Shown piece after piece: positions 50,218 through 60,335 of a stretch of 64,000 bases of DNA; within the stretch, counting starts at the first letter, position 1, and each line of letters opens with the position of its first letter. The notes beneath the pieces are model-generated. The model made no database searches, was not told where the DNA came from, and saw only the letters and a list, made by a program, of their open reading frames with translations. This stretch comes from Bacillota bacterium (GTDB taxonomy: Bacteria; Bacillota; Limnochordia; Limnochordales; DUMU01), in NCBI GenBank assembly GCA_012839805.1, contig DUMU01000035.1, positions 105,296 to 169,295 on the forward strand. The letters run 5' to 3'. The translations under genes and the position numbers were made by a program.

Positions 50218-51207
50218 TTGGTCAAGCCGAAGGTACTTTGTACTCGTGAACTTCCCGGCCCGGCCATGGAAAGGCTCGCCCGGGAGACAGAGTTGACGCT
50301 CAACCGGGAAAACCGGCCGCTGACCCAGGCGGAGCTCCTCGAGCTCGTCCCGGGGAAGGACGGCCTCCTCTCGTTGCTTACCGAAGATATCAACCGGAGG
50401 GTCCTGGAAGCCGGCCGGCCCACGCTCAAAGTGGTCAGCAACTACGCCGTCGGGTTCAACAACATCGACGTCAAGGCTGCCACGGAGCTTGGCATCCTGG
50501 TCTGCAACACCCCCGGGGTTTTGACCGAAACCACGGCGGATCTGGCCTGGGCCCTCATCATGGCCGTGGCCCGGAGGGTGGTGGAAGGAGACCAGTTCAT
50601 GCGGGCCGGGCGCTACCGGGGCTGGGAACCCCAGTTGCTGCTCGGGTCGGACGTCTTCGGCAAGACCATCGGCATCATCGGGCTCGGACGGATCGGCCAG
50701 GCGGTGGCCCGCCGGGCTCATGGTTTCTCCATGCGGGTGCTCTACTACGACCCCCGGCGGCTCGAGACCGATGAGGAAAAGATCCTGGGGGTTACCTACG
50801 TGGAGCTTCCCGAGCTCTTGCGTGAGTCCGACTACGTGACCATCCATGTCCCGCTGACGCCCGAAACCCACCACCTGATCGGCGAGAAGGAATTGCGCAT
50901 GATGAAGCCGGGCGCTTACCTGATCAACACAGCCCGCGGGCCGATCGTGGACGAAACCGCGCTGGTCCGGGCGCTGGCCGAACGGAGGATCGCGGGAGCG
51001 GGGCTGGACGTTTACGAAAACGAACCGGCCATGGCCCCCGGTTTGGCGGAACTGCCCAACGTAGTTTTGCTACCGCATCTTGGCAGCGCCAGCCGGGAAA
51101 CCCGGGAACGGATGGCCGACATGGCGGTGGATAACCTCCTTTCGGCTCTTCGGGGTGAAAGGCCCCGGCACCTTGTGAATCCCGAGGTACTGGCAGCCCG
51201 GGCTTGA
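50218..51207 (+). CDS. D-isomer-specific 2-hydroxyacid dehydrogenase (glyoxylate/hydroxypyruvate reductase-like)
   Basis: The NAD-binding motif is GKTIGIIGLGRIGQAVARRA. The catalytic region reads LINTARGPIVDE and LPHLGSAS. Confidence 0.88.
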   Translation: MVKPKVLCTRELPGPAMERLARETELTLNRENRPLTQAELLELVPGKDGLLSLLTEDINRRVLEAGRPTLKVVSNYAVGFNNIDVKAATELGILVCNTPGVLTETTADLAWALIMAVARRVVEGDQFMRAGRYRGWEPQLLLGSDVFGKTIGIIGLGRIGQAVARRAHGFSMRVLYYDPRRLETDEEKILGVTYVELPELLRESDYVTIHVPLTPETHHLIGEKELRMMKPGAYLINTARGPIVDETALVRALAERRIAGAGLDVYENEPAMAPGLAELPNVVLLPHLGSASRETRERMADMAVDNLLSALRGERPRHLVNPEVLAARA

Positions 51208-51256
51208 GAGAAGATAGGGCACGGGTATACGAACGACGTGGGGTAGGGGGGCGGGT

Positions 51257-51805
51257 GTGACGATGCATGAAGATGTGGCGGAGGTCCTCCTCGAGGCCTC
51301 CGCCATCCAGCATAAAGTAGCGGAGATTGGACAGGCCATAACCCGGGACTACCAGGGGAAGGATCTCGGACTTATCTGTATCCTCAAAGGCGCGGTCGTC
51401 TTCATGTCGGACCTGATCCGGCACATCCAGCTGCCGGTCACGCTGGATTTCATGGCGATATCCAGCTACGGCGCGGGAACGAAGAGCTCCGGGGTAGTGC
51501 GCATCTTGAAAGACCTCGATCATCCGATCGAGGGCCAACACATCCTGATCGTAGAAGATATCGTGGATACCGGACTCACGTTGCGATACCTCGTGGAAAA
51601 CCTCCGTTCAAGGCGGCCGGCCAGCCTTAAAGTATGCACGCTGCTGGACAAGCCGAGCCGGCGGAGGGTAGAATGCGTCCCTGATTACAACGGTTTCCAG
51701 ATCCCCGACTGCTTCGTGGTCGGTTACGGGCTGGATTACAACGAACGGTACCGGAATCTTCCCTATATCGGGGTGCTGAAACCGGAAGTATACCAGCGGG
51801 GTTGA
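51257..51805 (+). CDS. hpt: hypoxanthine phosphoribosyltransferase
   Basis: The PRPP motif is ILIVEDIVDTGLTL. At 182 aa it has typical Hpt length. The start is GTG 51257 or ATG 51263. Confidence 0.92.
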   Translation: MTMHEDVAEVLLEASAIQHKVAEIGQAITRDYQGKDLGLICILKGAVVFMSDLIRHIQLPVTLDFMAISSYGAGTKSSGVVRILKDLDHPIEGQHILIVEDIVDTGLTLRYLVENLRSRRPASLKVCTLLDKPSRRRVECVPDYNGFQIPDCFVVGYGLDYNERYRNLPYIGVLKPEVYQRG

Positions 51806-51857
51806 ACGCGGCCGCCTCACGAACGGCAGCTAGTTCCGCAAAGGTGGGAAAGTACCC

Positions 51858-53390
51858 GTGTTACCCGTACTCGTCCTCGATTTCGGCGGACAGTACACCC
51901 AGTTGATCGCCCGGCGCATCCGGGAAGAACACGTCTACTGCGAGATCGCGCCCTGCGATGTACCGTGGGCGGAGCTCGAGCGCCGCCGGCCGCAGGCGAT
52001 CGTGCTCTCGGGCGGCCCGGCCAGTGTCTACGCGCCGGGTGCGCCCCGTTGCGACCCGGCGGTGTTCCGGGCGGGCGTGCCGGTCCTCGGGATCTGCTAC
52101 GGAATGCAATTGATGGCCCAGGAGCTCGGGGGTGACGTGCGCCGCTGGGAGGAGGGCGAGTACGGCCCGGCCGAGCTTTTCATTCATGCGGGCGCGTTCC
52201 AGCTCTTCTCGGGGGTCCCCTCCCCGACCGAGGTCTGGATGTCCCATGGCGACCAGGTATTGAGACCCCCGGCGGGGTTCGTCCCGCTGGCTTCCACGGC
52301 GGTAACGCCGGTGGCGGCGATGGGCGACGGCAGGCGGCGCCTCTTCGGGGTGCAGTTTCACCCGGAGGTGAAGCACACTCGCGAGGGCCGCCAGATCTTG
52401 CGGAATTTCCTTTTCGAGATCGCGGGGCTTGAGCCTCGCTGGACGCTTTCTGCCTTTCGGGAAGAGACGGTGGCGCGCATCCGGGAGCAGGTGGGAAAGG
52501 GCCGGGCGGTCTGCGGCCTGAGCGGCGGCGTCGACTCGGCCACCGCGGCGGCCCTGGTGCATGAGGCCATCGGGGACCAGCTCGTCTGCATCTTCGTGGA
52601 CCACGGCCTGCTACGAGCGGGGGAGGCCGAAGAGGTGGTGCGCACCTTCCGGGACCGGTTGGGAATACCGCTGGTTCACGTGGAGGCGTCGGAACGATTC
52701 CTGGAGCGGCTTAAGGGGGTCGCCGACCCGGAGGAGAAACGGAAGCGGATCGGCGAGGAGTTCATCCGGGTGTTCGAAGAAGAGGCGTCGCGGCTGGGCG
52801 AGGTGGACTTCCTGGTGCAGGGGACGCTTTACCCGGACGTGATCGAAAGTGGAGGCAGTTCCAAAGCCGCGGTGATCAAATCGCATCACAACGTGGGTGG
52901 CTTGCCGGAACGGATGCGCCTGAAGCTCATCGAACCGCTGCGGCTGCTCTTCAAGGACGAAGTTCGCCAGCTGGCTCTCGAGCTGGGTTTGCCGGAAGAG
53001 ATCGTGTGGCGGCAGCCGTTCCCCGGCCCGGGACTGGCGGTACGCATGATCGGCCCGGTCGACCGGGAGCGGCTGGAGCTCTTGCGGGCTGCCGACCGGA
53101 TCGTGACCGAGGAGATCAAGCGGGCGGGGCTGGAACGTTCGGTCTGGCAGGCGTTTGCCGTCCTGCCGGGGGTACGGACGGTGGGGGTCAAAGGGGACGA
53201 GCGTTCCTATGCGGAACTGGTGGCCGTCCGTGCAGTAAGTAGCGATGACGGGATGACGGCCGATTGGGTGCGGCTGCCCGAGGAAGTGCTGCGGCGGATT
53301 TCCACGCGACTGATGAACGAATTGCCCAGCGTCAACCGGGTCGTCTACGATATCTCGCCCAAGCCCCCGGCGACCATCGAGTGGGAATAG
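51858..53390 (+). CDS. guaA: GMP synthase (glutamine-hydrolysing)
   Basis: The GATase domain reads GICYGMQL and QFHPE. The PP-loop is GLSGGVDSA. The C-terminal dimerisation domain ends in TIEWE. Confidence 0.97.
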   Translation: MLPVLVLDFGGQYTQLIARRIREEHVYCEIAPCDVPWAELERRRPQAIVLSGGPASVYAPGAPRCDPAVFRAGVPVLGICYGMQLMAQELGGDVRRWEEGEYGPAELFIHAGAFQLFSGVPSPTEVWMSHGDQVLRPPAGFVPLASTAVTPVAAMGDGRRRLFGVQFHPEVKHTREGRQILRNFLFEIAGLEPRWTLSAFREETVARIREQVGKGRAVCGLSGGVDSATAAALVHEAIGDQLVCIFVDHGLLRAGEAEEVVRTFRDRLGIPLVHVEASERFLERLKGVADPEEKRKRIGEEFIRVFEEEASRLGEVDFLVQGTLYPDVIESGGSSKAAVIKSHHNVGGLPERMRLKLIEPLRLLFKDEVRQLALELGLPEEIVWRQPFPGPGLAVRMIGPVDRERLELLRAADRIVTEEIKRAGLERSVWQAFAVLPGVRTVGVKGDERSYAELVAVRAVSSDDGMTADWVRLPEEVLRRISTRLMNELPSVNRVVYDISPKPPATIEWE

Positions 53391-53430
53391 GGACCGGCGG
53401 TGACGCTGGCGGGGCGTAAGGAGCAGGCTC

Positions 53431-54684
53431 ATGAGAAGCGTTCCAAGTGCCGATTCCGACTCCCTAAGACATAGCCTTTGGGACGCCGGAGCGACGGGCC
53501 GGCTGCAAACCCCCACCGGAGTGCGGGATGTGCTGCCGGCCGAGGCCCGGGCGCGCCGGCAGCTCGAAGCGGTGATACGAGAGACTTTCGCCGAGGCAGG
53601 CTATGAGGAAGTCGAGACGCCGATCTGCGAATATGAGGAAGTATTCGCCGCCGCCGGGCTGGTGGAGGACTCGTGGCAGGTATACCGGTTCTTTGACCGG
53701 GAAGGGAGAACCTTGGTCCTGCGTCCCGACATGACCGCTCCCATCGCCCGGCTCGCGGCGACGAGGCTGGCGGGTGCGGCCCGGCCGCTCCGGTTGAGCT
53801 ATATCGGCGATGTTTTCAGGTACGAGGAGGTTCATGCCGGAAGGCAGCGGCAGTTCCGCCAGGCCGGAGTGGAGCGAATCGGCGGTGAACGTAGCGTCGA
53901 GGCCGACCTCGAGGTCCTGGCCCTGGCGGGCCGGCTGCTCTGGCGCTGCGGCCTTGAGCGTTTTCGCATCGACGTCGGGCATGCGCAGCTGGTTCAAGAG
54001 CTGGTGGCGGCTGGGCAGTGGCCGGAGCGTGAGGGTAAGGCGGTTCGGCGGGCGCTGCGGGAGCGCAACTACGTGCTGCTCGCCGAACTGGCCGGCGAAA
54101 GGTCCGCCTTGCCGGTGGAACCGCAGTCCCCGGCCACGTCGCCGCCGGCAGGGAGACTGCCGCCGGCGGGGACTACGGCATCGCTGGGGACGAGCGCCGC
54201 TACGGCAGCGACCGCGAGCCTCGCCCGGGAACTCGTGCTGGAGTTACCCAGGTGGCGGGGGGGCTTCGAAGTGCTGGCCGCGGCCCGGGCCCGGCTCGAG
54301 CCGCTTTTCGTCCAACGTCCCGGTTTGGCCGCCGCCCTGGATGAACTCGAACAGATCCTCGCCGGGGCGAAGGCTGCCGGGATGCAACTCTATGACCGTC
54401 ATGGAGATCCCGGGGGTGACCGCGGTGGCAGTAGCCCCGGCAGCCACGCGATGCCATCGACACCACTCGTCGGCGTGGACCTGGGCCTGGTGCGCGACCT
54501 CTCTTACTACACCGGCCCGGTGCTCGAGGGTTTTGTCCCCGACCTCGGCCTGGTTCTGCTCACCGGCGGCCGCTACGACCGCCTCGTAGAGCAGCTGGGC
54601 GGCCGCCCCGAGCCGGCCACCGGTTTCGCGGTCGGGCTCGAACGGCTGATGCTCGCGCGGGAGCGAGCAAGTGCGTCGCGTTGA
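53431..54684 (+). CDS. hisZ: ATP phosphoribosyltransferase regulatory subunit HisZ (HisRS paralog) with low-complexity insertions
   Basis: TAAGGAG lies 7 nt before the ATG. Contains GVRDVLPAEA..YEEVETPICEYEEVF, LRPDMTAPIAR and RQFRQAGVE. Insertions fall at about residues 225-265 and in the C-terminal part. Confidence 0.85.
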   Translation: MRSVPSADSDSLRHSLWDAGATGRLQTPTGVRDVLPAEARARRQLEAVIRETFAEAGYEEVETPICEYEEVFAAAGLVEDSWQVYRFFDREGRTLVLRPDMTAPIARLAATRLAGAARPLRLSYIGDVFRYEEVHAGRQRQFRQAGVERIGGERSVEADLEVLALAGRLLWRCGLERFRIDVGHAQLVQELVAAGQWPEREGKAVRRALRERNYVLLAELAGERSALPVEPQSPATSPPAGRLPPAGTTASLGTSAATAATASLARELVLELPRWRGGFEVLAAARARLEPLFVQRPGLAAALDELEQILAGAKAAGMQLYDRHGDPGGDRGGSSPGSHAMPSTPLVGVDLGLVRDLSYYTGPVLEGFVPDLGLVLLTGGRYDRLVEQLGGRPEPATGFAVGLERLMLARERASASR

Positions 54685-54819
54685 CAGGCTGCTTCCGCCT
54701 GTGGTAGCATGCCGGCATCAGGGAAGGCTGGAAGTGCGCCCCGTTGAGGGCGGTTCAGCACTCAGCCGGCGGAGCCCAGCGGGAACCTGGGAAATGGGGG
54801 CCACACGCAATGGCGGAGG

Positions 54820-55578
54820 ATGGGCAGCAGCCAGGAGGCCGCGAGCCGGACCATGCTCACCATAGCTCTACCTAAGGGACGGGTACTGGAGGCAGCTACC
54901 GCGCTCTTCCGGGAGGCCGGACTGGTGGCCCCGGAGAGCGCTCCGGTGGCAGATAGTTCAACTGGGGGAGCAGCCAAAGGTGGCACGTGGGAAGATTCAC
55001 GCCGGCTTATTCTGGAGGATAGTGCCTCAGGGCTCCGCTTTTTGCTGGCCAAGCCATGGGACGTTCCCACTTACGTCGAATATGGCGCTGCCGACCTGGG
55101 ACTGGCCGGCAAGGACGTTTTACTCGAACGCGGCAAGGCCGTAGCCGAGCTTCTCGATCTTGGCATCGGGCGCTGCCGCATGGTCTGTGCCGTGCCGGGG
55201 GATAGCGGCGTTACGGCACTCACGGACGAGATGCTTCCCTTTCCTTTTCGAGTGGCAACCAAATATCCCCGGATAACCAGGACCTTCCTCGAACATCACG
55301 GCGTGGCCGCGGAGATCATCAACTTGCAGGGCTCGGTGGAGGTAGCTCCTCTGGTGGGGCTGGCCGACGGAATCGTCGACCTGACCGAGACCGGGCGGAC
55401 GCTGCGGGAAAACGGGCTACGCGTCATTGCCGAGGTTTTGCCGGTGACGACCAGGCTGATTGCCAACCCGGTGCTGCATAAGGCGAAGCAGGAAGAGGTG
55501 GATAGGCTCCTCGAGCGATTGGAGCAGGTTCGGGCCGTCAGGCCCGGCCCGGGCGCGGGGAGGACAGACCTGGTCTAA
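54820..55578 (+). CDS. hisG: ATP phosphoribosyltransferase, short form
   Basis: MLTIALPKGRVLEAATALFREAGL is the typical HisG N-terminus, giving an alternative start at ATG 54853. Also contains AKPWDVPTYVEYGAADLGLAGKDVL and LVGLADGIVDLTETGRTL. Confidence 0.9.
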   Translation: MGSSQEAASRTMLTIALPKGRVLEAATALFREAGLVAPESAPVADSSTGGAAKGGTWEDSRRLILEDSASGLRFLLAKPWDVPTYVEYGAADLGLAGKDVLLERGKAVAELLDLGIGRCRMVCAVPGDSGVTALTDEMLPFPFRVATKYPRITRTFLEHHGVAAEIINLQGSVEVAPLVGLADGIVDLTETGRTLRENGLRVIAEVLPVTTRLIANPVLHKAKQEEVDRLLERLEQVRAVRPGPGAGRTDLV

Positions 55579-55617
55579 CCGGTCGGATTTCGGAAAAGCG
55601 AAGGGAAGGCGGAACCG

Positions 55618-57078
55618 GTGGTTGCGAGCAATGTCACGGGCAAGGCAGGGGAAGCAGGCGGGCCTCTGGTCCGGGTATGGCGCACCGAGGAACTGGGGGA
55701 GCGCCCCGAACGGGAGGTACGGCGGTTACTGCGGCGCGGGTTCGGGAGCGAGGTCAGCGATGGCCCTGGGGCCGGCGGCGTCGAGGTGGCTCCCGAAGTC
55801 ATGGCTCGCACCCTCGCGATCTTCGGTGAACCACTCTCCCCCCTACAGGCGGTCGAGAGGATAGTCCGGGACGTCGCTCGACGGGGGGATGAGGCGGTCG
55901 TCGAATGGACCTGGCGTATCGACGGCGTGAAGCTCGAACCGGAAGATTTCTGGCTCGGACCGGCAGATTTCGAGAAGGCTTTTCAATCCCTTGACCTCGC
56001 CACCCGTGATGACCTCGAGATGGCGGCCGAACGGATCCGGCGCTTCCACCGGGCGGCCCTTCCCAAAGGTTTTTTCCTTCAGGATGAGGCCGGCAACGTC
56101 ATGGGACAACGGTTCGTGCCGCTGGAACGGGTCGCGGCTTACGTTCCTGGCGGGCGTGCCCCCCTGTTTTCGACGCTGCTAATGACGGTCGTTCCGGCCC
56201 GTATAGCCGGCGTGGACGAGGTCATCGTGGCTACCCCACCCGGGCCGGGGGGAGAGGTTCATCCCGCGGTGCTGGCCGCGGCGAGGCTGGCCGGCGCGAG
56301 CCGGCTGCTCCGGGTGGGCGGGGCGCAGGCGATTGCCGCTCTCGCCTACGGTACCGCTTCGATCCCGGCCGTAGACAAGATCGTCGGACCGGGGAACCTC
56401 TTCGTCACTCTGGCCAAACGACTCGTCTTCGGCGCCGTCGGGATCGACATGCTGGCCGGCCCGAGTGAGGTAGTGGTAGTGGCAGAAAAGCTCGCGGGTA
56501 CCGATCCGGCTCATCTGGCAGCCGACCTGCTTTCTCAGGCTGAACACGACCCTGATGCCGCCTGCATCCTGGTTGCCGATGACGTCGAGCTGGCAAAGCA
56601 AGTACTCCACGAACTCGAGGAGCAGGTGGAAACCTTGCCGCGAGCTCCGGTGGCCCGGGAAGCGTTGACCCGGCACGGGTGCGTGTTCGTCGTGCGGAAT
56701 CTGGAAGAAGCCGCCCGCATCGTCAATGCCATTGCCCCGGAACACCTGGAGCTGCAGCTCAAGGACCCGTGGGCTTTCCTGAGCCAGGTTCGGCACGCCG
56801 GAGCGATCTTCCTCGGCCCTCATTCCTGTGAACCGCTCGGCGACTACCTGGCCGGCCCGAACCACGTCCTGCCGACGGGAGGCGCGGCCCGCTACGCTTC
56901 GATGCTGGGAGTGGAGGATTTCTTGCGGCGCAGTTCGGTATTACAGGTAAGCGAAGAGGGGCTTCTCGAAATCGGTGGGACTGCGGTCCGGCTCGCCCGT
57001 ATGGAGGGACTGGAGGCCCACGCCCGGTCGGTGGCCCGGCGGCTGGGCGAAGATGAAACCGGCGAGGGAAAGGCGTGA
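55618..57078 (+). CDS. hisD: histidinol dehydrogenase
   Basis: Contains [43 protein letters not shown] and [14 protein letters not shown]. Confidence 0.93.
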   Translation: MVASNVTGKAGEAGGPLVRVWRTEELGERPEREVRRLLRRGFGSEVSDGPGAGGVEVAPEVMARTLAIFGEPLSPLQAVERIVRDVARRGDEAVVEWTWRIDGVKLEPEDFWLGPADFEKAFQSLDLATRDDLEMAAERIRRFHRAALPKGFFLQDEAGNVMGQRFVPLERVAAYVPGGRAPLFSTLLMTVVPARIAGVDEVIVATPPGPGGEVHPAVLAAARLAGASRLLRVGGAQAIAALAYGTASIPAVDKIVGPGNLFVTLAKRLVFGAVGIDMLAGPSEVVVVAEKLAGTDPAHLAADLLSQAEHDPDAACILVADDVELAKQVLHELEEQVETLPRAPVAREALTRHGCVFVVRNLEEAARIVNAIAPEHLELQLKDPWAFLSQVRHAGAIFLGPHSCEPLGDYLAGPNHVLPTGGAARYASMLGVEDFLRRSSVLQVSEEGLLEIGGTAVRLARMEGLEAHARSVARRLGEDETGEGKA

Positions 57079-57084
57079 CGGCAC

Positions 57085-57753
57085 GTGTCAGAGACCCGGC
57101 GGGCGGTGGTGGAACGGCAAACCGCCGAAACCAAGATCCGGATAGAGGTAAATCTCGACGGGCGCGGGCAGGCACGAGTGAGAAGCGGGATCGGCTTCTT
57201 AGACCACATGCTGGCGACGCTGGCCCGGCACGCGTTCTTTGACCTCGACGTCGAGGCGCAGGGGGATCTCCAGGTAGATCCGCATCATACGGTGGAGGAC
57301 GTAGCCATCTGCCTGGGCCAGGCCATCGCGAAGGCTTTGGGCCGGCGGGAGGGGATTGCCCGTTTCGGGTGGGCGGTCATCCCCATGGACGATGCGCTGG
57401 TCATGGCGGCGGTAGACCTGAGCGGTCGCCCGTATAGCGACGTCGACCTGCCGTTGCTTTCGCCGCAGGTGGGGGCGCTCGATACCCAGCTTGTAGCCGA
57501 GTTCTTCCGGTCCTTGAGCTGGGCGGGGGCACTCAATCTGCACGTACGGCGGCTGGCAGGGCAAAACGACCACCACCTGGTCGAGGCGGCCTTCAAAGCA
57601 GTGGCCCGGGCCCTGGCCGCCGCGGTGGCCGGTGACCCGCGGACCGCCGGGAAGCCGCCGTCCACCAAAGGGGTGCTGGGCGAAGAGGATCACGGGGCGG
57701 ACGGGCAGTCGCAGCGACGGGCAGCGGGCGGCGGGAGCACGGGCGGCGGGTGA
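57085..57753 (+). CDS. hisB: imidazoleglycerol-phosphate dehydratase
   Basis: Contains RQTAETKIRIEVNLDG, GIGFLDHML, DPHHTVEDVAI and NDHHLVEAAFKA. The C-terminal tail is Gly-rich. Confidence 0.93.
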   Translation: MSETRRAVVERQTAETKIRIEVNLDGRGQARVRSGIGFLDHMLATLARHAFFDLDVEAQGDLQVDPHHTVEDVAICLGQAIAKALGRREGIARFGWAVIPMDDALVMAAVDLSGRPYSDVDLPLLSPQVGALDTQLVAEFFRSLSWAGALNLHVRRLAGQNDHHLVEAAFKAVARALAAAVAGDPRTAGKPPSTKGVLGEEDHGADGQSQRRAAGGGSTGGG

Positions 57754-59387
57754 GAAGATCTGTGGTGGAAGCGGAAACCGAAACCGTCATCGCCGTCCTG
57801 GATTACGGGATGGGGAACCTGCGCAGCGTGGCGAAAGCGCTGGAGCGGGCGGCCCAGGATGCAGCGGGCGACGGGCACCTCAAACCCAGGATTCTGGTGA
57901 CGAGCGATCCGGCGGTAGCCCGGAGCGCGGACGGGATCGTGCTGCCCGGAGTAGGTGCCTTCGGGGCAGCCATGGCCAATCTCCGGGATCGAGGGCTCGA
58001 CCGGGTCGTACGGGAGGCAATTTCCGAAAGCCGCCCCTTCCTGGGGATTTGCCTGGGCCTGCAGCTTCTCTTCGAAGAGAGCGAGGAGCGCTTCGGCGGG
58101 CTACGGCCGGAGGAACGGCTCAGGCCGGGGGCTTGGCCGGCGGCGGAGCAAGAGCCCGGGCTGGGGCGGCCAGGACGGGGGTCGCAGCCCAAGGCGGGGC
58201 AGGAGCAGGGTCAGGGGCTGCAGCCAGGGCAGGGGTTGCCCCGGGGGCTGAGCATCCTCCAGGGCCGGGTGCGCCGGTTTCCGCCCGGGCTGAAGGTCCC
58301 GCAGATCGGATGGAACGAACTCAAGCTTATCGATGCCGCTGCCAACCCTCTCTGGAGGGGCGTTCCACCCGGGGCTTACACGTATTTCGTTCACTCGTAT
58401 TATGTTGACCCGGAAGATCCGGCGGTGGTGGCGGCCACGGCGCATTACGGGGTGGAGTTCGCGGCGGCGGTGCGGCGGGGGAATCTGTTTGCCGTTCAGT
58501 TTCACCCGGAAAAGAGCAGCACGGTGGGGCTCACCATGCTGCGGAACTTCGTATGGGCGGTGGCCCGTTCACGAAAAGCCGCGGATTTTGTCTTGCCCGC
58601 GGTAGACCTCCGGGGAGGGCGGGCTGTGCGGCTGGTTCAGGGTGACCCGGCCCGGGAGACCCGTTATGCGGACGATCCCGTGGCGGTGGCGAGGGAGCTG
58701 GTACGCCAGGGGGCACGCCGGCTGCACGTGGTTGACCTGGACGGGGCTCTGGCGGGTGAGCCAAGGCAGCTGGAGCTGGTGGCCAGGATCGCCGAGGCGG
58801 TCCGGCAGGAGGCACGCTGGCAAGTCCGCATCGAACTGGGCGGGGGACTACGCACGTCCGATGATGTGGAGGCAGCCTTCGCCGCCGGGGTAGATGACGT
58901 GATTCTGGGCAGCTCTCTCCTGGCTGACGCCGGCCTGGTGGCCGAGCTGGTCCGCCGCCACCTGGGTCACGTGATGGCCGGCATTGACGTGCGCGCGGGG
59001 CGGGTGGCCGTGCGGGGCTGGCAGGAGGAAAGCGGGCTGGAAGCGAGGGCGGTGGTGCGCCGGGCTGTTGCTCTGGGTGTACGGAGGTTTATCGTGACGG
59101 ATATAGGCCGGGACGGGACGCTGGCCGGGCCCAATCTGGAGTTGGTCCGGGAGTTAGCCGAGGTGGCGGGCGAGCCGACGGGCCCGAGCGAAACCGCCGG
59201 GGCGGGCGGGCCGGTCCCGCTCGAGTTCGTCGTCTCGGGCGGGGTGCGGGACGAAAGCGATGTAGAAGCGGCAGCCCGGCTGCCATGGGCGGCCGGCGTA
59301 GTGGTGGGTCGAGCCCTCTACGACGGCCGGGTGAGCGTGGGACAGGCTTTGGCGGCCGCCCGGCGCGGGCTGGTGGCACGAGGATAG
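57750..59387 (+). CDS. single ORF encoding HisH (IGP synthase glutaminase subunit) fused to HisA (ProFAR isomerase)
   Basis: Residues 12-270 are HisH: IAVLDYGMGNLRSV, GICLGLQLLF, KVPQIGWN and FAVQFHPEKS. Residues 280-545 are HisA: VLPAVDLRGGRAVRLVQGD, HVVDLDGA, GGGLRT and FVVSGGVRD. I read the junction at 58500-58620 codon by codon and found no stop. Confidence 0.9.
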   Translation: MRRSVVEAETETVIAVLDYGMGNLRSVAKALERAAQDAAGDGHLKPRILVTSDPAVARSADGIVLPGVGAFGAAMANLRDRGLDRVVREAISESRPFLGICLGLQLLFEESEERFGGLRPEERLRPGAWPAAEQEPGLGRPGRGSQPKAGQEQGQGLQPGQGLPRGLSILQGRVRRFPPGLKVPQIGWNELKLIDAAANPLWRGVPPGAYTYFVHSYYVDPEDPAVVAATAHYGVEFAAAVRRGNLFAVQFHPEKSSTVGLTMLRNFVWAVARSRKAADFVLPAVDLRGGRAVRLVQGDPARETRYADDPVAVARELVRQGARRLHVVDLDGALAGEPRQLELVARIAEAVRQEARWQVRIELGGGLRTSDDVEAAFAAGVDDVILGSSLLADAGLVAELVRRHLGHVMAGIDVRAGRVAVRGWQEESGLEARAVVRRAVALGVRRFIVTDIGRDGTLAGPNLELVRELAEVAGEPTGPSETAGAGGPVPLEFVVSGGVRDESDVEAAARLPWAAGVVVGRALYDGRVSVGQALAAARRGLVARG

Positions 59388-59441
59388 CGGCCAACCCCGC
59401 CGCTTGACGAGGTACGGCGGGGGGGAGGAAGGGGAGCTTAC

Positions 59442-60260
59442 GTGCTGGCGAAGCGGATCATCCCCTGCCTGGACGTAAAGGGAGGACGAGTGGTCAAGGG
59501 TACTCACTTCGTTGAACTGCGAGATGCCGGTGATCCGGTGGAACTCGCCGCCTATTACGACCGGGAGGGTGCGGACGAACTGGTTTTCCTCGACATCACC
59601 GCCTCGGCCGAGCGGCGGCGTACCATTATCGATCTGGCGCGCCGGGTGGCCGAGGAGGTCTTTATACCCTTCACGGTAGGCGGGGGTATCGGCTCGGTGG
59701 AGGAGATCAGGGAAATCCTGCTCGCAGGGGCGGACAAGGTATCGATCAACACCGCGGCCGTCCAGCGCCCCGAGCTGATCAGCGAGGCCGCTGAACTTTT
59801 CGGCAGCCAATGCATCGTCGTGGCTATCGACGCCCGCCGCCGGCGGCCAGAGCCGGAGCAGGTCCAGGTGCAGACCCGGGATCAATGGCAGAACGAGGGC
59901 CCGGCGCCCCCCAGGTTCGAAGTGGTCATCCACGGTGGCCGAACCCCTACGGGGCTCGATGCCATCCGGTGGGCCCAAGAGGCGGAGCGCCGGGGGGCGG
60001 GCGAGATCCTGCTCACCAGCATGGACACCGACGGGGTCCAGGAGGGCTACGACCTCGAACTGACCCGGGCCGTAGCGGAGGCTGTCTCCATCCCGGTCAT
60101 CGCCTCCGGCGGCGCGGGCCGGCTGGAAGACCTGCGCGATGCCCTTACCATTGGCCAGGCGGACGCGGCGCTGGCGGCCTCCATCTTTCACTTCCGGCGG
60201 TTCACCATAAGAGAGGCGAAAGAGTTCTTGCGCGCTTCGGGAGTGCCGGTCCGGCTGTAG
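59442..60260 (+). CDS. hisF: imidazole glycerol phosphate synthase cyclase subunit
   Basis: GTG start 5 nt after GGAAGGGGAG. Contains [43 protein letters not shown] and IASGGAG. Confidence 0.95.
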   Translation: MLAKRIIPCLDVKGGRVVKGTHFVELRDAGDPVELAAYYDREGADELVFLDITASAERRRTIIDLARRVAEEVFIPFTVGGGIGSVEEIREILLAGADKVSINTAAVQRPELISEAAELFGSQCIVVAIDARRRRPEPEQVQVQTRDQWQNEGPAPPRFEVVIHGGRTPTGLDAIRWAQEAERRGAGEILLTSMDTDGVQEGYDLELTRAVAEAVSIPVIASGGAGRLEDLRDALTIGQADAALAASIFHFRRFTIREAKEFLRASGVPVRL

Positions 60261-60335
60261 TCGCGTGCAAGGCTGCGGCAGGTAGGCCGGTGGCCGGGAT
60301 GTGTATACGACAGGCATGCGGAGGTAACACGAAGG

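Noticed and set aside
57632-58408. 258-aa plus ORF and the 129-aa minus ORF over the hisB/hisH region
   Set aside because: They are alternative-frame shadows of hisB and hisH with Gly/Arg/Ala-rich translations.
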